A stretch of 33,062 nucleotides of DNA, taken from a virus (Duplodnaviria; Caudoviricetes). The stretch spans positions 1-33,062 of IMG/VR virus record IMGVR_UViG_3300024232_000051; one strand, given 5' to 3'. How positions within the stretch are numbered: the first letter of the stretch is position 1; each line of letters starts with the position of its first letter. The notes beneath the pieces are model-generated. The model had not been told where the DNA came from and searched no databases. It was given only the letters and a program-made list of their open reading frames with translations. Shown here one piece after another: positions 8,608 through 19,260 of this stretch. The position numbers and the translations under genes are program-made.

Positions 8608-11600
8608 TGGCGAAGGCGTCCACGCAACAAAATATCTTTGAAGGCGAGCTATCTCCACTAGCTGAAGGCAGAACCGACATAGACCGCTATGTGCGCGGTA
8701 TGCGGTATCTGTCCAATATGGTGCCATGCCGCACGGGACCAGCCATAGGCCGGTCAGGCACATTCTTTGAAAACAGGTGTGCGGAACCGGGCTATCCGTC
8801 GAAGCTGTTGGACTTCGAGTACAACGAGGACGAAGCCCTTATTCTGGAGTTCAGTCACTACAAGCTACGCTTTTATTTCGAGTATGGTGGTGTGTATGCA
8901 CACCGCGAAGCAGTGGTTTCAGCGGTAAATAGCGTTAGCCCATTCACGTACACCGCGCCCGGTACAAACGTAATTGTCGGCGAGAGCGTTGTTTTTAGTA
9001 GCTTCCCAGCGGCGTACAACGTCAATGGTGTGGTCGCCAAAGTGACCAACGTGGCTGGGGCCGTTGTGACCACGGATTATGTGGCCAACGCGTTGCCTTC
9101 AGGGGCATATGCAGCCAATTCGGCGGTGGCGGCGGTGGTGTATGAGGTCGTCACCCCGTACCCCCGTGACGATGTGCAGAATATACGATTAGTTCAAGAG
9201 TTGAATATCTGTTATTTGTTCTGCTTTAAGTCCAACGGTACTGGCGACTACCCCCTGTATCAGCTTCAGCGGCTGGATACTTTCAACTGGCCGCTTACGC
9301 GTATACCGTTGCGAGACGGTCCATATATGGACATAAATATCGAAGATACGTTCATGATACCCACGGGCAAAGGCACGTGGGTTCCCGACATGACCGGACC
9401 CGGCTTACCAACTGGTAACGCTTCGGCGAGTTCGGAGATTGCCAATCATGAGGCGTGGCGTGCATTTGACGGCAACCTTGATAGCTATTGGGAGAGCAAT
9501 AAATCGCAAGAAGGTACACTTGTATACGCGTTTGAAACAGGGTTTGTGAACCAGCTACCAGTGTTCAGTGCTGCAACATCCGGGCCAATGACCATATCTT
9601 CAAGCAGTTCTGAACCCGGTATGGCTCCATGGCACTTGTCGGACGCGAATGGTGGCACGGACTGGCACTCAGGCGCGGCATTGCCCGAGTGGTGGCAAGT
9701 CGATCTTGGCTCGTCCAACACAGTGTTCTCCTACATACTGCGAGCCAGCCTTAACCGGGAGGAGTACGCGCCACGCGATTGGCAGCTACAGGGCGGAAAC
9801 AGCGCGACCGGCCCATGGACGACGGTGGACAATCGTGTTGGCTGGACGTGGGCTAGTGGTCAGCAACGCGTTTTTCACGTAGCCTCACCAGCCGCCTTTC
9901 GTTTTTACCGCATAAACATAACAGCGGTCAATCAGCAGCATGTGACGGTGGTTCACCCGGCTGTCGGTACACCCGGCAAGAAGGGTTATGTGCCGCGCAC
10001 CACAACGACGGCTTTGACACCCAATCGGGGTGGGCTGTCTCAAGTGCAAATGAGCTACGGGTTTGGTGGGCCAAAGGTAGTTGATGGCTATACGATCTAT
10101 CTTGGACGATACAACAAGACCCAAGACGTGATCGATCATGCGCCTAAGACGTGGTATTTCGAGGGTTCGCCGAGTGCGGCCAGCACCACGGATTGGAAGA
10201 TACTGGATACACGGCAGAACTACACAGCTTGGGGCAACTACCGCTCACAATATTTTCCGCTCAGAAACCCAGCCATATACAAGCGGTATCGTCTCAGGAT
10301 AACGACGGTCCAGAAGCCGGGGAATATCAACCCACGTGTTGGCAAGCTGGTCATGTCGTCGCCAGACACGCCACCCGTCACTCTACGTGCAACGAGCAAG
10401 GTGGGAATAAACGATGGGCGGGGCTTTTTGCCGACAGACGTTGGCAGGCTGATACGCCTTCGCGATGCGGACGAGTTTTGGCGTTGGGTGACGATTGCTG
10501 CCGTCACTGATCCGACACACATAACGCTCAGCCTGACCAAAGACCCGCTGATCTTGGAAGCCCAAGTCAAGTTTTGGCGGCTTGGGCTGTGGTCAAACAC
10601 GACGGGCTACCCCACGTGTGGGTGTATTCACGAAGACAGGCTATTTGTCGGAGGGGCAAGCGGTTTTCCTGATACCGTGGTTGGGTCTTTCACGGGTAAT
10701 CACACCTTCTTTCAACAGTCAAACGTGTTTGACGAAGTGCTTGACACCCACGCAATTGTCGCGCGGGCTAATAACCGGTATATGTCGCGTATAGTCTGGA
10801 TCAAGTCGGCGGAAGAAGCCTTGCGCGTGGGTACGGGCAAGTACGAGTTCATCCTGACAGCCCCGACTGATCAGGCGTTGAGCGCCAGAAACATGAAAGC
10901 CCGTACGACCACCAAGCGCGGCAGTGCAATACATGAGCCAGCCGTGGTGGATAACGACGTGGTGTTCCTTCAGAAGAGCCGTAGGGCGCTCTACGCCCAT
11001 ACATTCAGAACAAGTCAGGCGGATGTGGCCGGTTCCTATCACGCGCCTCTGATGAGTAAGATGGGTGGCCACTTGATGGAGCCGGAAGTCGTCCAAGTCG
11101 TGTATCAGCAAGAGCCGCACAGTGTCATTTGGGGCCGACGCATTGACGGTTCAGTTGCTGCCATGACCTATTCCAACGACGATGACATATTTGGGGGCCA
11201 CAGGCACGATTTTGGCGGCTTTGTGAAAGACCTATGTACGGTCAACAGCCCAACAGACCAGCAAGATAGCCTCTGGATGGTGGTTATGAGGACTGTCGAT
11301 GGTCAGGACGTTCACTACATTGAACGATTGTTCAGGTTTTGGGATTTTGGAGACGAGCTTAGCGACGATGCCACAATGGTTGATAGCTCTCTGCGGTATT
11401 ATGGTACTAATCCTACTGATAAGGTGTATGGTCTGAGGCATATGGAAGGTCAGCTACTGACCGTGCTGGCTGATGACATCGTTTATAGCTCCGTTGGGCC
11501 GGTTACGAATGGTATGCTACAGCTTGACAGGCCAGCGACCACCATTGTCGTGGGTCTGCCTCTTGTCATGGAAGGTGAAATCATCGCTTCCGAGCTAGGC

Positions 11601-11912
11601 GCACAGGACGGGACCGCGCAGGGCAAGAGTAAACGCCCCCACAGCGTGGTTATGAGGCTGTGGCAGAGCGCCGGGGGTGAAGTTGGCCGTTGGGACGAGG
11701 ATCACGGCGAACTCATGTGGACGCCAATCGAGTATAACTACCCGGCAGACGATACAGTGCCGACAACGACGCTCAGGACTGCACTGAGCAACACCACCGT
11801 GCTGCCGGGTGGTTATGGGACGCTTGGAACGGTCAGGTTCAGGCAAACAGACCCGATCCCCTTCAATGTCGTGGGCGTTTATCCGCAGACATACGTGGAG
11901 GACGAGCGTTGA
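8607..11912 (+). CDS. Tail tubular protein B (nozzle, T7 gp12-like) with inserted discoidin/F5-8C-like domains
   Basis: Likely start at ATG 8607 (TAATG overlap). FEGELSP...GRTD N-terminus, HEDRLFVGG, LRHMEGQ..VLAD and G..QGKSKR motifs. Large internal insertion at ~9378-10361. Confidence 0.85.
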   Translation: MAKASTQQNIFEGELSPLAEGRTDIDRYVRGMRYLSNMVPCRTGPAIGRSGTFFENRCAEPGYPSKLLDFEYNEDEALILEFSHYKLRFYFEYGGVYAHREAVVSAVNSVSPFTYTAPGTNVIVGESVVFSSFPAAYNVNGVVAKVTNVAGAVVTTDYVANALPSGAYAANSAVAAVVYEVVTPYPRDDVQNIRLVQELNICYLFCFKSNGTGDYPLYQLQRLDTFNWPLTRIPLRDGPYMDINIEDTFMIPTGKGTWVPDMTGPGLPTGNASASSEIANHEAWRAFDGNLDSYWESNKSQEGTLVYAFETGFVNQLPVFSAATSGPMTISSSSSEPGMAPWHLSDANGGTDWHSGAALPEWWQVDLGSSNTVFSYILRASLNREEYAPRDWQLQGGNSATGPWTTVDNRVGWTWASGQQRVFHVASPAAFRFYRINITAVNQQHVTVVHPAVGTPGKKGYVPRTTTTALTPNRGGLSQVQMSYGFGGPKVVDGYTIYLGRYNKTQDVIDHAPKTWYFEGSPSAASTTDWKILDTRQNYTAWGNYRSQYFPLRNPAIYKRYRLRITTVQKPGNINPRVGKLVMSSPDTPPVTLRATSKVGINDGRGFLPTDVGRLIRLRDADEFWRWVTIAAVTDPTHITLSLTKDPLILEAQVKFWRLGLWSNTTGYPTCGCIHEDRLFVGGASGFPDTVVGSFTGNHTFFQQSNVFDEVLDTHAIVARANNRYMSRIVWIKSAEEALRVGTGKYEFILTAPTDQALSARNMKARTTTKRGSAIHEPAVVDNDVVFLQKSRRALYAHTFRTSQADVAGSYHAPLMSKMGGHLMEPEVVQVVYQQEPHSVIWGRRIDGSVAAMTYSNDDDIFGGHRHDFGGFVKDLCTVNSPTDQQDSLWMVVMRTVDGQDVHYIERLFRFWDFGDELSDDATMVDSSLRYYGTNPTDKVYGLRHMEGQLLTVLADDIVYSSVGPVTNGMLQLDRPATTIVVGLPLVMEGEIIASELGAQDGTAQGKSKRPHSVVMRLWQSAGGEVGRWDEDHGELMWTPIEYNYPADDTVPTTTLRTALSNTTVLPGGYGTLGTVRFRQTDPIPFNVVGVYPQTYVEDER

Positions 11913-12337
11913 TCAGGTTTTTGCCGTGTCAGGCATGGCATATCAAGCTGATCGAGCCGCAAGACGCTCAGACTGACGAAAAAGTATGGGCTGAACAGAT
12001 CGATGACGACGTTGTGGCCAACTCGTTGGCCATGTCTTGCTGGGTAAACGACCAATGCGTTGCTGCGGCAGGCATAAGGCCAATCTGGGCGGGTAGAGCC
12101 TTCGCTTGGTCGCTTTTAGGTAAGCATTCGGGGCCTGCGATGCCAGCGATCGCTCGAAAACTTCGCTTTGTCCTCGCCACATGGCCGGGGAACCGGGTGG
12201 AAATGACCGTGCGTGAGAGTTTCGCGGCGGGGTGTCGTCTGGCACTGCTTTTGGGCTTTGAGCGCGAGGCGAGGCTCCCAGCGTTCTATCCTGACGGTTC
12301 AACCGCGTATTTGTTCACTCGGCTAAAGCACGAATAG
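11909..12337 (+). CDS. GNAT-fold-like protein (T7 gp13-like position)
   Basis: AAAGIRPIWAGRAFAW, RVEMTV and LLGFEREARL patterns. Directly follows the nozzle gene. Confidence 0.55.
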   Translation: MIRFLPCQAWHIKLIEPQDAQTDEKVWAEQIDDDVVANSLAMSCWVNDQCVAAAGIRPIWAGRAFAWSLLGKHSGPAMPAIARKLRFVLATWPGNRVEMTVRESFAAGCRLALLLGFEREARLPAFYPDGSTAYLFTRLKHE

Positions 12338-12350
12338 AGGGAAAACGCCT

Positions 12351-12812
12351 GTGGGCGCGATAGGCGCAGTTCTGGGGGTAGTCGGCGGGGTCATGCAGGG
12401 CGTTGCAGGGATGCAAGCCCATGAAGCCGAAGCCCAAGCGCATGAGTACAACGCCGCCGTAGCTGTACGCAATAAGGAGATCATTCGTCAGCAAGGCGAG
12501 GCAGCTAGAAATGAACAGGCTATTGCCAATTGGCGTGAGGAACAGTCAATACGTGGGCAAATAGCGTATACTGGGCTTACGTTTACTGGGTCATCAACTG
12601 ACTACTTTTTGGACTTGATAAAAGGCAATCAGCAATCATTGCAGATAATTGACTACAAAACACAGTTAGCCATGCTTGAACAGGATGATAAGTTCAACAC
12701 GGAAAAGATGGGCGCGAGTTCTGAGAAATCGGCAGGGCAGTGGAGCCTTGTTAGCGGCATACTAAGTGGCGCTAAATCTGGGCTGGATTACGCCACATCG
12801 AGGGTCACATAA
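12351..12812 (+). CDS. Internal virion (ejection) protein, gp14-like
   Basis: Gly/Ala hydrophobic N-terminus, YNA.VA..N, TG.TFTGSS and Gly-rich C-terminus. GTG start with GAGGG RBS. Confidence 0.7.
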   Translation: MGAIGAVLGVVGGVMQGVAGMQAHEAEAQAHEYNAAVAVRNKEIIRQQGEAARNEQAIANWREEQSIRGQIAYTGLTFTGSSTDYFLDLIKGNQQSLQIIDYKTQLAMLEQDDKFNTEKMGASSEKSAGQWSLVSGILSGAKSGLDYATSRVT

Positions 12813-15800
12813 TGCCCATTCTCCCCATGCCGGGTAAACCGGCTGATGTAGGTCAGCTTGACGTACGGTCTGCCGGTGTACCGCAATCCGCACGTGGCGG
12901 TGATGCGTATGGCGCACAGGCTTTTCGGGAAGAAGCGGTAGCCTTTAACCAGCTACAGGGGTTAGGGGGGTCGGCGGTTGATTATGCCAATAAGAAGCAG
13001 GGCATAAAGGACAAGTTTGACTTAGCGGTAGCCAATACACATTCGTTTCAGAAGGATTACAACGACAACGTAATTCAGCAGACTGATCCGTCAGGCGCAC
13101 AGTTAATGCCAACGACGGAAGAAAAATTCAACAAGTTCATGAATGACGATTTGGCGGCTCTTGCCAAGTCGGGTGCGTCGAAAACTACGCAGGATGCACG
13201 CAGGCTTCAGCTTTTGGAGGAGAAGCGGCAGTTCTTGGATAATGCGGCAGTAGCCAGCACCAAGATGGCTGAGGTCAATGCCGATAAGCTGATAGACGAG
13301 GGGACACGGACGATACTGAATGATATAGGTGTGCATGGCGCAGTCGATCAGAAGTCTTGGGAAATTGCTGTTGGCAAAGGCGAGAAGTTAATTCAGGACA
13401 CGCCGGGAGGAACACAGAATTCCAAGGACTTGAAGAAAAAGGATTTACGCAACAAAGCCGCCATATTGCGTTTTGAGACGTTGATGTACCCCAAGGCGGG
13501 CGGTAATACGAAGGAGGATATCGAGAAAATCAATAAGGAACTGGATGATCCATATTGGCAGAAACAGCTTGAAACCAGCGACATAGATAACATCAGGAAG
13601 GCGTTGGCAGCTAGTCGGTCGGCATTTGCCCAGCTTAGTGTTGAGGGTCAGCAAAGCCCGCATGTCAACCGGGTAGCTGGTCATCCTCAAGAGTACGAGG
13701 CCGAGTTAGCCAATCTGCTAGGCGTGGATAAATCTGGCCTTGATGGTATAACAGACTTCAAAATGAATAGAAATGTCGTGTCAGACATGACGCGTGCGCG
13801 TTTTGAAGCATTTGGCGAGCAAGCCGTTATAACTGCCGATCAGTTGATGGAGTCAGGGAAAGCTAGCACAAGGGATGAGGCAGAAGCCAAGATAATCGCA
13901 CTTCAGAAAGACTTGGTAGATAATCCGGTATGGGGTCAACGGCTGACACCTGATCAGTTCCGCAGCCTACAGGATAGCCTACAAACACGCAAGAATGCGC
14001 TTGACCACGATTGGAACGAGTTGAAGCGCGCGAATGCGACAGAGTTAGAGAAACAGACTAATCTGGAAAAAGCGGACTCGGTGGCGACCGCAGAAAACTT
14101 CCTGACCCGACAGGAGAAGGGGCGTATTCCTCCGGGTGAGTTTGATGCGTGGTCATTGGGCGTGACGAAAGTTGGCTTGAAGAACTTCACAGCGTCACAG
14201 CAGTATCGGATACGCAAAGCGTACGATATGCAGATGACGTTAGATGAGTTAGGCGACCATCCTACACCAGCGCAGCTTGATGCCGCAAAACTCAAGGTGG
14301 ATAGGGGTGGAACCGGGACCGGTACGAAGTATTCACCAACGCCTAGTGGCGGTGGCGCGTGGAAGGCTGGGCTTCAGTCATTTACTAAAAGCCGGTTTGG
14401 CCCAGCGGCAATCAATAACATGCGCCCAGAGTTGGGTCAGCCTCTGTATGAGCTAATTCAATCGGCCCCGCCTGAGATACAGAAAGAGATAGAGATTTAT
14501 TCTGGATGGCGTGATCCCGGTGATCCGACTATGGCGGCGAGGCATAGGGTCAATCCGCATATGGTCGCCAATCCACTAACAAGTTTTCATGGCAAAGGTC
14601 TTGCTGCGGATGTTCATGGATCAGCAAGAGCTATGGCGTGGTTACACGCACATGCTGGCGAACATGGTTTGGACTTTCCACTGACGGGGAAAAACGGCCT
14701 ACCAAATGAACCTTGGCATATTGAGCCAGCATCGAACCGGGCTGGCGGTCGTAGCAGGCTTGGCGGCGGCGGGGCTGGTACACCGGGCGGCATAGACGCG
14801 TGGAAAGCTGCATCTGCCGCCAATGAGACAGGCACCCGAGCTAGTCCGTACACTGTACAAAGTGATAGAAGAGCTTCGGATGGCACCTATGACTGGGGTA
14901 AGTATCAGGTCAATGAAAAGAACATAGGACCGTGGACTAAACAATATTATGGTACAGAGTTAAGCGTAAAGGAGTTTTTGGCTAACCCAGACGCGCAGGA
15001 AAAAGTATATGAAGGTGAGTTCGGTCGCCTAGTCAAGAAATATGGTGTACGCGGTGCAGCCGCTGCGTGGAATGGCGGCGAAGGTGGCATGAACAGTTCG
15101 ACGGCACAGGCTTATGCCGACAGGTTCATGCGTAACTTGGGAGCGGGTGGCGGTAGCGATACTGGCGGCGGTGTGGCTGGAACCGGTGGTGGGCGTCCTG
15201 ATCTTCTCTCCGTGCCAAGGACAGAAGAGCAAGCCAATGCGCTGGAAGCCATAGCCAACGCACAAAAGGTCGTTTCAGACGGCTTGAAGAACAACACCAT
15301 CGAGTATGGCGCGACGGCACTGCATTTAGCTGTTGTAGGGCTGGACGCAGCTAACCCAGAGACTTTTGACAAGCGACAGCAATTGTACGGCAAGATAGAC
15401 CAGTACTACGGCGGTTTGACCACGGAGCAACAGCACCCGCTTACTCAGGCTGATGTGAATGTGCTTAGTGGGCAGTTAAATAGCAATGATAGCGACAAAA
15501 TAAACCAAGTCTGGGCTGCTATGGCGCATTTCTCCCCGGATGTGCAAGAGGCAGCATGGAAGCAGATGGGCGAAACAGCACCGTTTGGCGCGGCGGCTGG
15601 GCGCGTGTATGCAAGCGACAGAAAGGCAATAGCCAATCTCGCAGTACGCGGCCATCAGGGGATAGTCGCAATGGAAGACAATGGCGTCACGCCGGACTGG
15701 CTACAGAAGAGTAAAGACTGGTGGGGCGGTATGGGTGACGTGTTGCGCGGTATTACGGACCCCACCAAGGGCGTGGGTATGAAACAAGTTGTCGATGCAG

Positions 15801-16621
15801 TTCACTTTGCACGGCACAAGAACGAGCCGTTTGACGCGGCTGACTATCAGAAAGACTATGAAGACGTGATGGGCGTGCATCAGGATGTGGTCAATGGTGG
15901 AACCGCAGACCTGATCCCCGGTACGACGGGTAAAGAGTGGGAACTGGCATTACCCGTACTTGATCTGACAGCCGTTTCGCTGACGCAAACGCCAGCCTTG
16001 GCCGAGGATATAAATGGTGCGCTGAAGCCCGTATCGCCGGTCGCGAAGGAAAATTTGATCCCAATACACTACACCGACACTCAGTACTATTTTGCGGATA
16101 CGGACGGTAACTTGCTTCACACGATCACAAACGAAAAGACCGCGCAATACCCTGATGGCAAGCCACAGGTGTATGTAGCGCAGTTAAGTGCCGAGATTAT
16201 ACACGATGCCGCCGCGAAGGCTGTAGCGGCGTCAGCGGCGGCGGCTATGGCACCGGCTACCAGAGCGCCAATGGGTTATGACCCATCGGCAGGCCCGCCT
16301 GCACGTGTAAGGGCTGGGCCAAAAGGGCCAGAGCCAGTTGTGGCCGCACCAGCCGCACCACCGGCACCGACTAGCGTACCATCGCTCACGTCGGGTGTAC
16401 CGGGTGAAGCACCCGGTGTGCCTAGTTCTAATGTCGTACAGCCATCGGCTGGGCCGAAGGTAATAACGCCAGAGCAAGAAAAGAGCATACAGTCAAATGC
16501 AGATGACTTTATTGACCTACTTAGCCGTAATGCCGGTGTCACCAAGGAGTATTTGAAGACTGCTAGAGAGCACTACGTGGAAACCACGCGTGATTACTTG
16601 CTGGGGCGAGCCAGTAAATGA
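12812..16621 (+). CDS. Large internal virion protein with M15-type peptidase and lysozyme/lytic-transglycosylase-like domains
   Basis: SGWR...SFHGKGLAAD...EPWHIE (zinc M15 peptidase) at ~14492-14725. ANE...WGKYQV...AAAWNGG (lysozyme-like) at ~14815-15130. Confidence 0.8.
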   Translation: MPILPMPGKPADVGQLDVRSAGVPQSARGGDAYGAQAFREEAVAFNQLQGLGGSAVDYANKKQGIKDKFDLAVANTHSFQKDYNDNVIQQTDPSGAQLMPTTEEKFNKFMNDDLAALAKSGASKTTQDARRLQLLEEKRQFLDNAAVASTKMAEVNADKLIDEGTRTILNDIGVHGAVDQKSWEIAVGKGEKLIQDTPGGTQNSKDLKKKDLRNKAAILRFETLMYPKAGGNTKEDIEKINKELDDPYWQKQLETSDIDNIRKALAASRSAFAQLSVEGQQSPHVNRVAGHPQEYEAELANLLGVDKSGLDGITDFKMNRNVVSDMTRARFEAFGEQAVITADQLMESGKASTRDEAEAKIIALQKDLVDNPVWGQRLTPDQFRSLQDSLQTRKNALDHDWNELKRANATELEKQTNLEKADSVATAENFLTRQEKGRIPPGEFDAWSLGVTKVGLKNFTASQQYRIRKAYDMQMTLDELGDHPTPAQLDAAKLKVDRGGTGTGTKYSPTPSGGGAWKAGLQSFTKSRFGPAAINNMRPELGQPLYELIQSAPPEIQKEIEIYSGWRDPGDPTMAARHRVNPHMVANPLTSFHGKGLAADVHGSARAMAWLHAHAGEHGLDFPLTGKNGLPNEPWHIEPASNRAGGRSRLGGGGAGTPGGIDAWKAASAANETGTRASPYTVQSDRRASDGTYDWGKYQVNEKNIGPWTKQYYGTELSVKEFLANPDAQEKVYEGEFGRLVKKYGVRGAAAAWNGGEGGMNSSTAQAYADRFMRNLGAGGGSDTGGGVAGTGGGRPDLLSVPRTEEQANALEAIANAQKVVSDGLKNNTIEYGATALHLAVVGLDAANPETFDKRQQLYGKIDQYYGGLTTEQQHPLTQADVNVLSGQLNSNDSDKINQVWAAMAHFSPDVQEAAWKQMGETAPFGAAAGRVYASDRKAIANLAVRGHQGIVAMEDNGVTPDWLQKSKDWWGGMGDVLRGITDPTKGVGMKQVVDAVHFARHKNEPFDAADYQKDYEDVMGVHQDVVNGGTADLIPGTTGKEWELALPVLDLTAVSLTQTPALAEDINGALKPVSPVAKENLIPIHYTDTQYYFADTDGNLLHTITNEKTAQYPDGKPQVYVAQLSAEIIHDAAAKAVAASAAAAMAPATRAPMGYDPSAGPPARVRAGPKGPEPVVAAPAAPPAPTSVPSLTSGVPGEAPGVPSSNVVQPSAGPKVITPEQEKSIQSNADDFIDLLSRNAGVTKEYLKTAREHYVETTRDYLLGRASK

Positions 16622-19260
16622 CCGACTACGTTCAACCACCCAACCCGTTATTGATTGAGGCTGACCCGACGCGGCTCAGCACGTGGGGTGGTGAGAACCC
16701 GCCTATCGGGTTTATTGCTGGCGCGAAGTCAGGTTATGCGGCGGCAGTGGCCAACAACCGGTATGCGTATCAGTTACGCGTTGGTGACGCGCTTGATGCC
16801 AACACTGATTTGTTGGAAAAGGCTGGCTACCACCCTCCTCAGTTGGTGCAGACAGCTTTTCACATACCTATTATTGGGAGTTATTTCAGCTTTAGGAATG
16901 CAGAACAAGGTACGATGTTTCAGGCAATCATGGCGCACGGTGCGGATATAGGTGGGCCAGACGAACGCTATGCCAACGCCACGGCAGCATCCAGTAAGCT
17001 ACGTGAAGATATTGCAATCACCAACAAGATGATTGACGAGGCAAAGGCCAAGAACCCGGAACTGGGTATCAGGACGCTGGACGAGATACACAACGGGGTG
17101 GTCACACAGCTACAACGCGATATGTCAATTGACCACCATAGAAGCTGGATAGCTGCCATAGGCGCGTTCATTGGTGGTACGGGTAACATAGTCAGCCCAT
17201 CAGACCCATTTGCGCCGATTAAAGCCGCAACCGCTCCATTCGGCGGTATAGGAACTAGGTCAGCTTATCGTATTCTTTCCATGGGGGTTGTACAAGCTGG
17301 TCTAGGCTTGACAGAGGAAGCGACAGACCCAGCCGCCCGACGTAGGTTATTGGGTATGCCGGAAGAGACGGCAGGGGAGATAGCCTACTCGACAGCCCAG
17401 AACTTTGTGTTTGGTATGGCTTTTGGCGCATTAGGTGAAGGGCTGGCCGGTCAGCATGGCCGCGCGGCCATGAATGAAAGCTACAAGTGGCTGAGCATAT
17501 CGAAGCGTGAGGCGCAGCTTGCGCCAATGCGGATACCGCCGCCCGAGCCGCCAGTGGAAGTACCGGAGCCGCCGCCCATCGACATAGGGGCGCTAGCAGC
17601 CCGCCCAGCGGGGCCAACGGCATTCGAGCGGCTGGGAGGGCCGGGACTGCCGGGACTGCCACGGGGCAAGCTTCCAACCACCGCAGCGGCGGCGCTAGCG
17701 GAGCAAATCCCGATCCCGCGCGAAGGCGTGTCGGGTGTGAACGCACCGGAGATGACCGAGGGCGCGGCGCTTGCCCACGTGCCACGTGACCAGCGTGCTT
17801 CGGCGGTTATTCTCGACAGGTTCAAAACCAAGTCAACCAAGGTTCGTGCAGCCAAGACGTTGGACCACGTTGATGCTCAGATGGGCATTGATGGCGTAGC
17901 GCCACAAGACCTGACTGCACCGACAAGGCCACTCAGCCCAACGGCTACGCTCATGCCTGATGTACGGGTATGGAATGGTCCCGGCGCAGGGATAGTCAAC
18001 AATGTCACACCGTGGATGCAACGGTGGATATCGAAGCGTGTAGACCACCTTATCGAGAAAGACCCCGGTATCGAGCCAGCCGAATTGGCAGCACGTGAGT
18101 ATGATCCTGAGACATGGAAGAAGAAAGACAAGATATTAGCTGACTTGAACAAGGAGAAAGCGAACCTACAGCGGGTGATCGATCTGCACAGTAAGGTAGC
18201 GGCAGGCGACAAGAAGGCTCTGGACGCCACCATCAGGGCGCAAGAAGCTGAGCGTATGCGTACGCGCTCACCGGGGGGTAAGGCGCGTGTGCTGCAAGAA
18301 CAGATAGCGTCCCACGCATATTTCAAAGAGCTACAGAAGACACGACCGGGTGGTACACGACCACCGGCACCCAAGCACTTGGACGAGATAGTAATAGCTG
18401 AGCGTATCAAGGCACTGGAAGCTAAGAACGACGCGATATTCGAGGACGTTCAGCGATCATTCTCGGAAAGCCAAGGCGCACTTGATTTAACACCGGAAGC
18501 CCGTGAAGCACTGGAAACATACATCCGTGGTACGACACGTGATTGGATAAATAGCTCGTTTCGCTGGCCAAAGGACGTGAAGCGTCTTAGGAAAGAAAAA
18601 AGCCCGTACGACATAAAGCAGACGGTAGGGCCGACGAAAGCCGAGTTGTTTAAGCAACGTGAACTCGACATGGCGCAACTGTCTGACCCGTTGGCCACAG
18701 AGGGTGCTGTAGCGGGTGAAGGCCCAATAGACATAGCCACAAGGGTAAATAAGACCAAGCTTGAGGCAATGGCGGAACCCAAGCCTGAAGATGTGTTTAC
18801 CTCTATAGGCAAGTTCATGGAGGATCAGGGTATCGTAGCCAAGGCTGAAGCCGTCGAGCCGGAAGCGCCCAAGACAGCTTTGCCTAAAGAACGCGTTGCC
18901 CAGATAAATGCTGATTGGCTGAAAGACCCGCAGATTGTGGAGGGCTGGCAGCTAGATACGCGTGGTAATGTCGTAGACCAGAAAACGGGTAATATCATCG
19001 GGCATTTGGAGAGCGAAGCCGAAATGATGGCTCGCGCAAAGGCCGAAGGGTTGATTGGGCGACCGGGTGGTAAACCACCGGGGCTGATGCCCAAGCCAGT
19101 CGTACCACGGCTACCGTCAGGCGAGGCATACGGTAACTTAGCGAAGCTGACGGGCTTTGACCTTGATGGCGAGAACGTGGGTATAGCTAAGGCGTGGGAA
19201 GACGTGAAGGCTGAGCTAGAAGCGTTCGACGTGTTCAACAAGTGCAGTAAGGTACTGTAA
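16618..19260 (+). CDS. Internal virion (ejection) protein
   Basis: 880 aa with Gly/Ala hydrophobic segments, a Pro-rich linker and a helical C-terminus. ATGA overlap, within the ejection cluster. Confidence 0.6.
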   Translation: MTDYVQPPNPLLIEADPTRLSTWGGENPPIGFIAGAKSGYAAAVANNRYAYQLRVGDALDANTDLLEKAGYHPPQLVQTAFHIPIIGSYFSFRNAEQGTMFQAIMAHGADIGGPDERYANATAASSKLREDIAITNKMIDEAKAKNPELGIRTLDEIHNGVVTQLQRDMSIDHHRSWIAAIGAFIGGTGNIVSPSDPFAPIKAATAPFGGIGTRSAYRILSMGVVQAGLGLTEEATDPAARRRLLGMPEETAGEIAYSTAQNFVFGMAFGALGEGLAGQHGRAAMNESYKWLSISKREAQLAPMRIPPPEPPVEVPEPPPIDIGALAARPAGPTAFERLGGPGLPGLPRGKLPTTAAAALAEQIPIPREGVSGVNAPEMTEGAALAHVPRDQRASAVILDRFKTKSTKVRAAKTLDHVDAQMGIDGVAPQDLTAPTRPLSPTATLMPDVRVWNGPGAGIVNNVTPWMQRWISKRVDHLIEKDPGIEPAELAAREYDPETWKKKDKILADLNKEKANLQRVIDLHSKVAAGDKKALDATIRAQEAERMRTRSPGGKARVLQEQIASHAYFKELQKTRPGGTRPPAPKHLDEIVIAERIKALEAKNDAIFEDVQRSFSESQGALDLTPEAREALETYIRGTTRDWINSSFRWPKDVKRLRKEKSPYDIKQTVGPTKAELFKQRELDMAQLSDPLATEGAVAGEGPIDIATRVNKTKLEAMAEPKPEDVFTSIGKFMEDQGIVAKAEAVEPEAPKTALPKERVAQINADWLKDPQIVEGWQLDTRGNVVDQKTGNIIGHLESEAEMMARAKAEGLIGRPGGKPPGLMPKPVVPRLPSGEAYGNLAKLTGFDLDGENVGIAKAWEDVKAELEAFDVFNKCSKVL

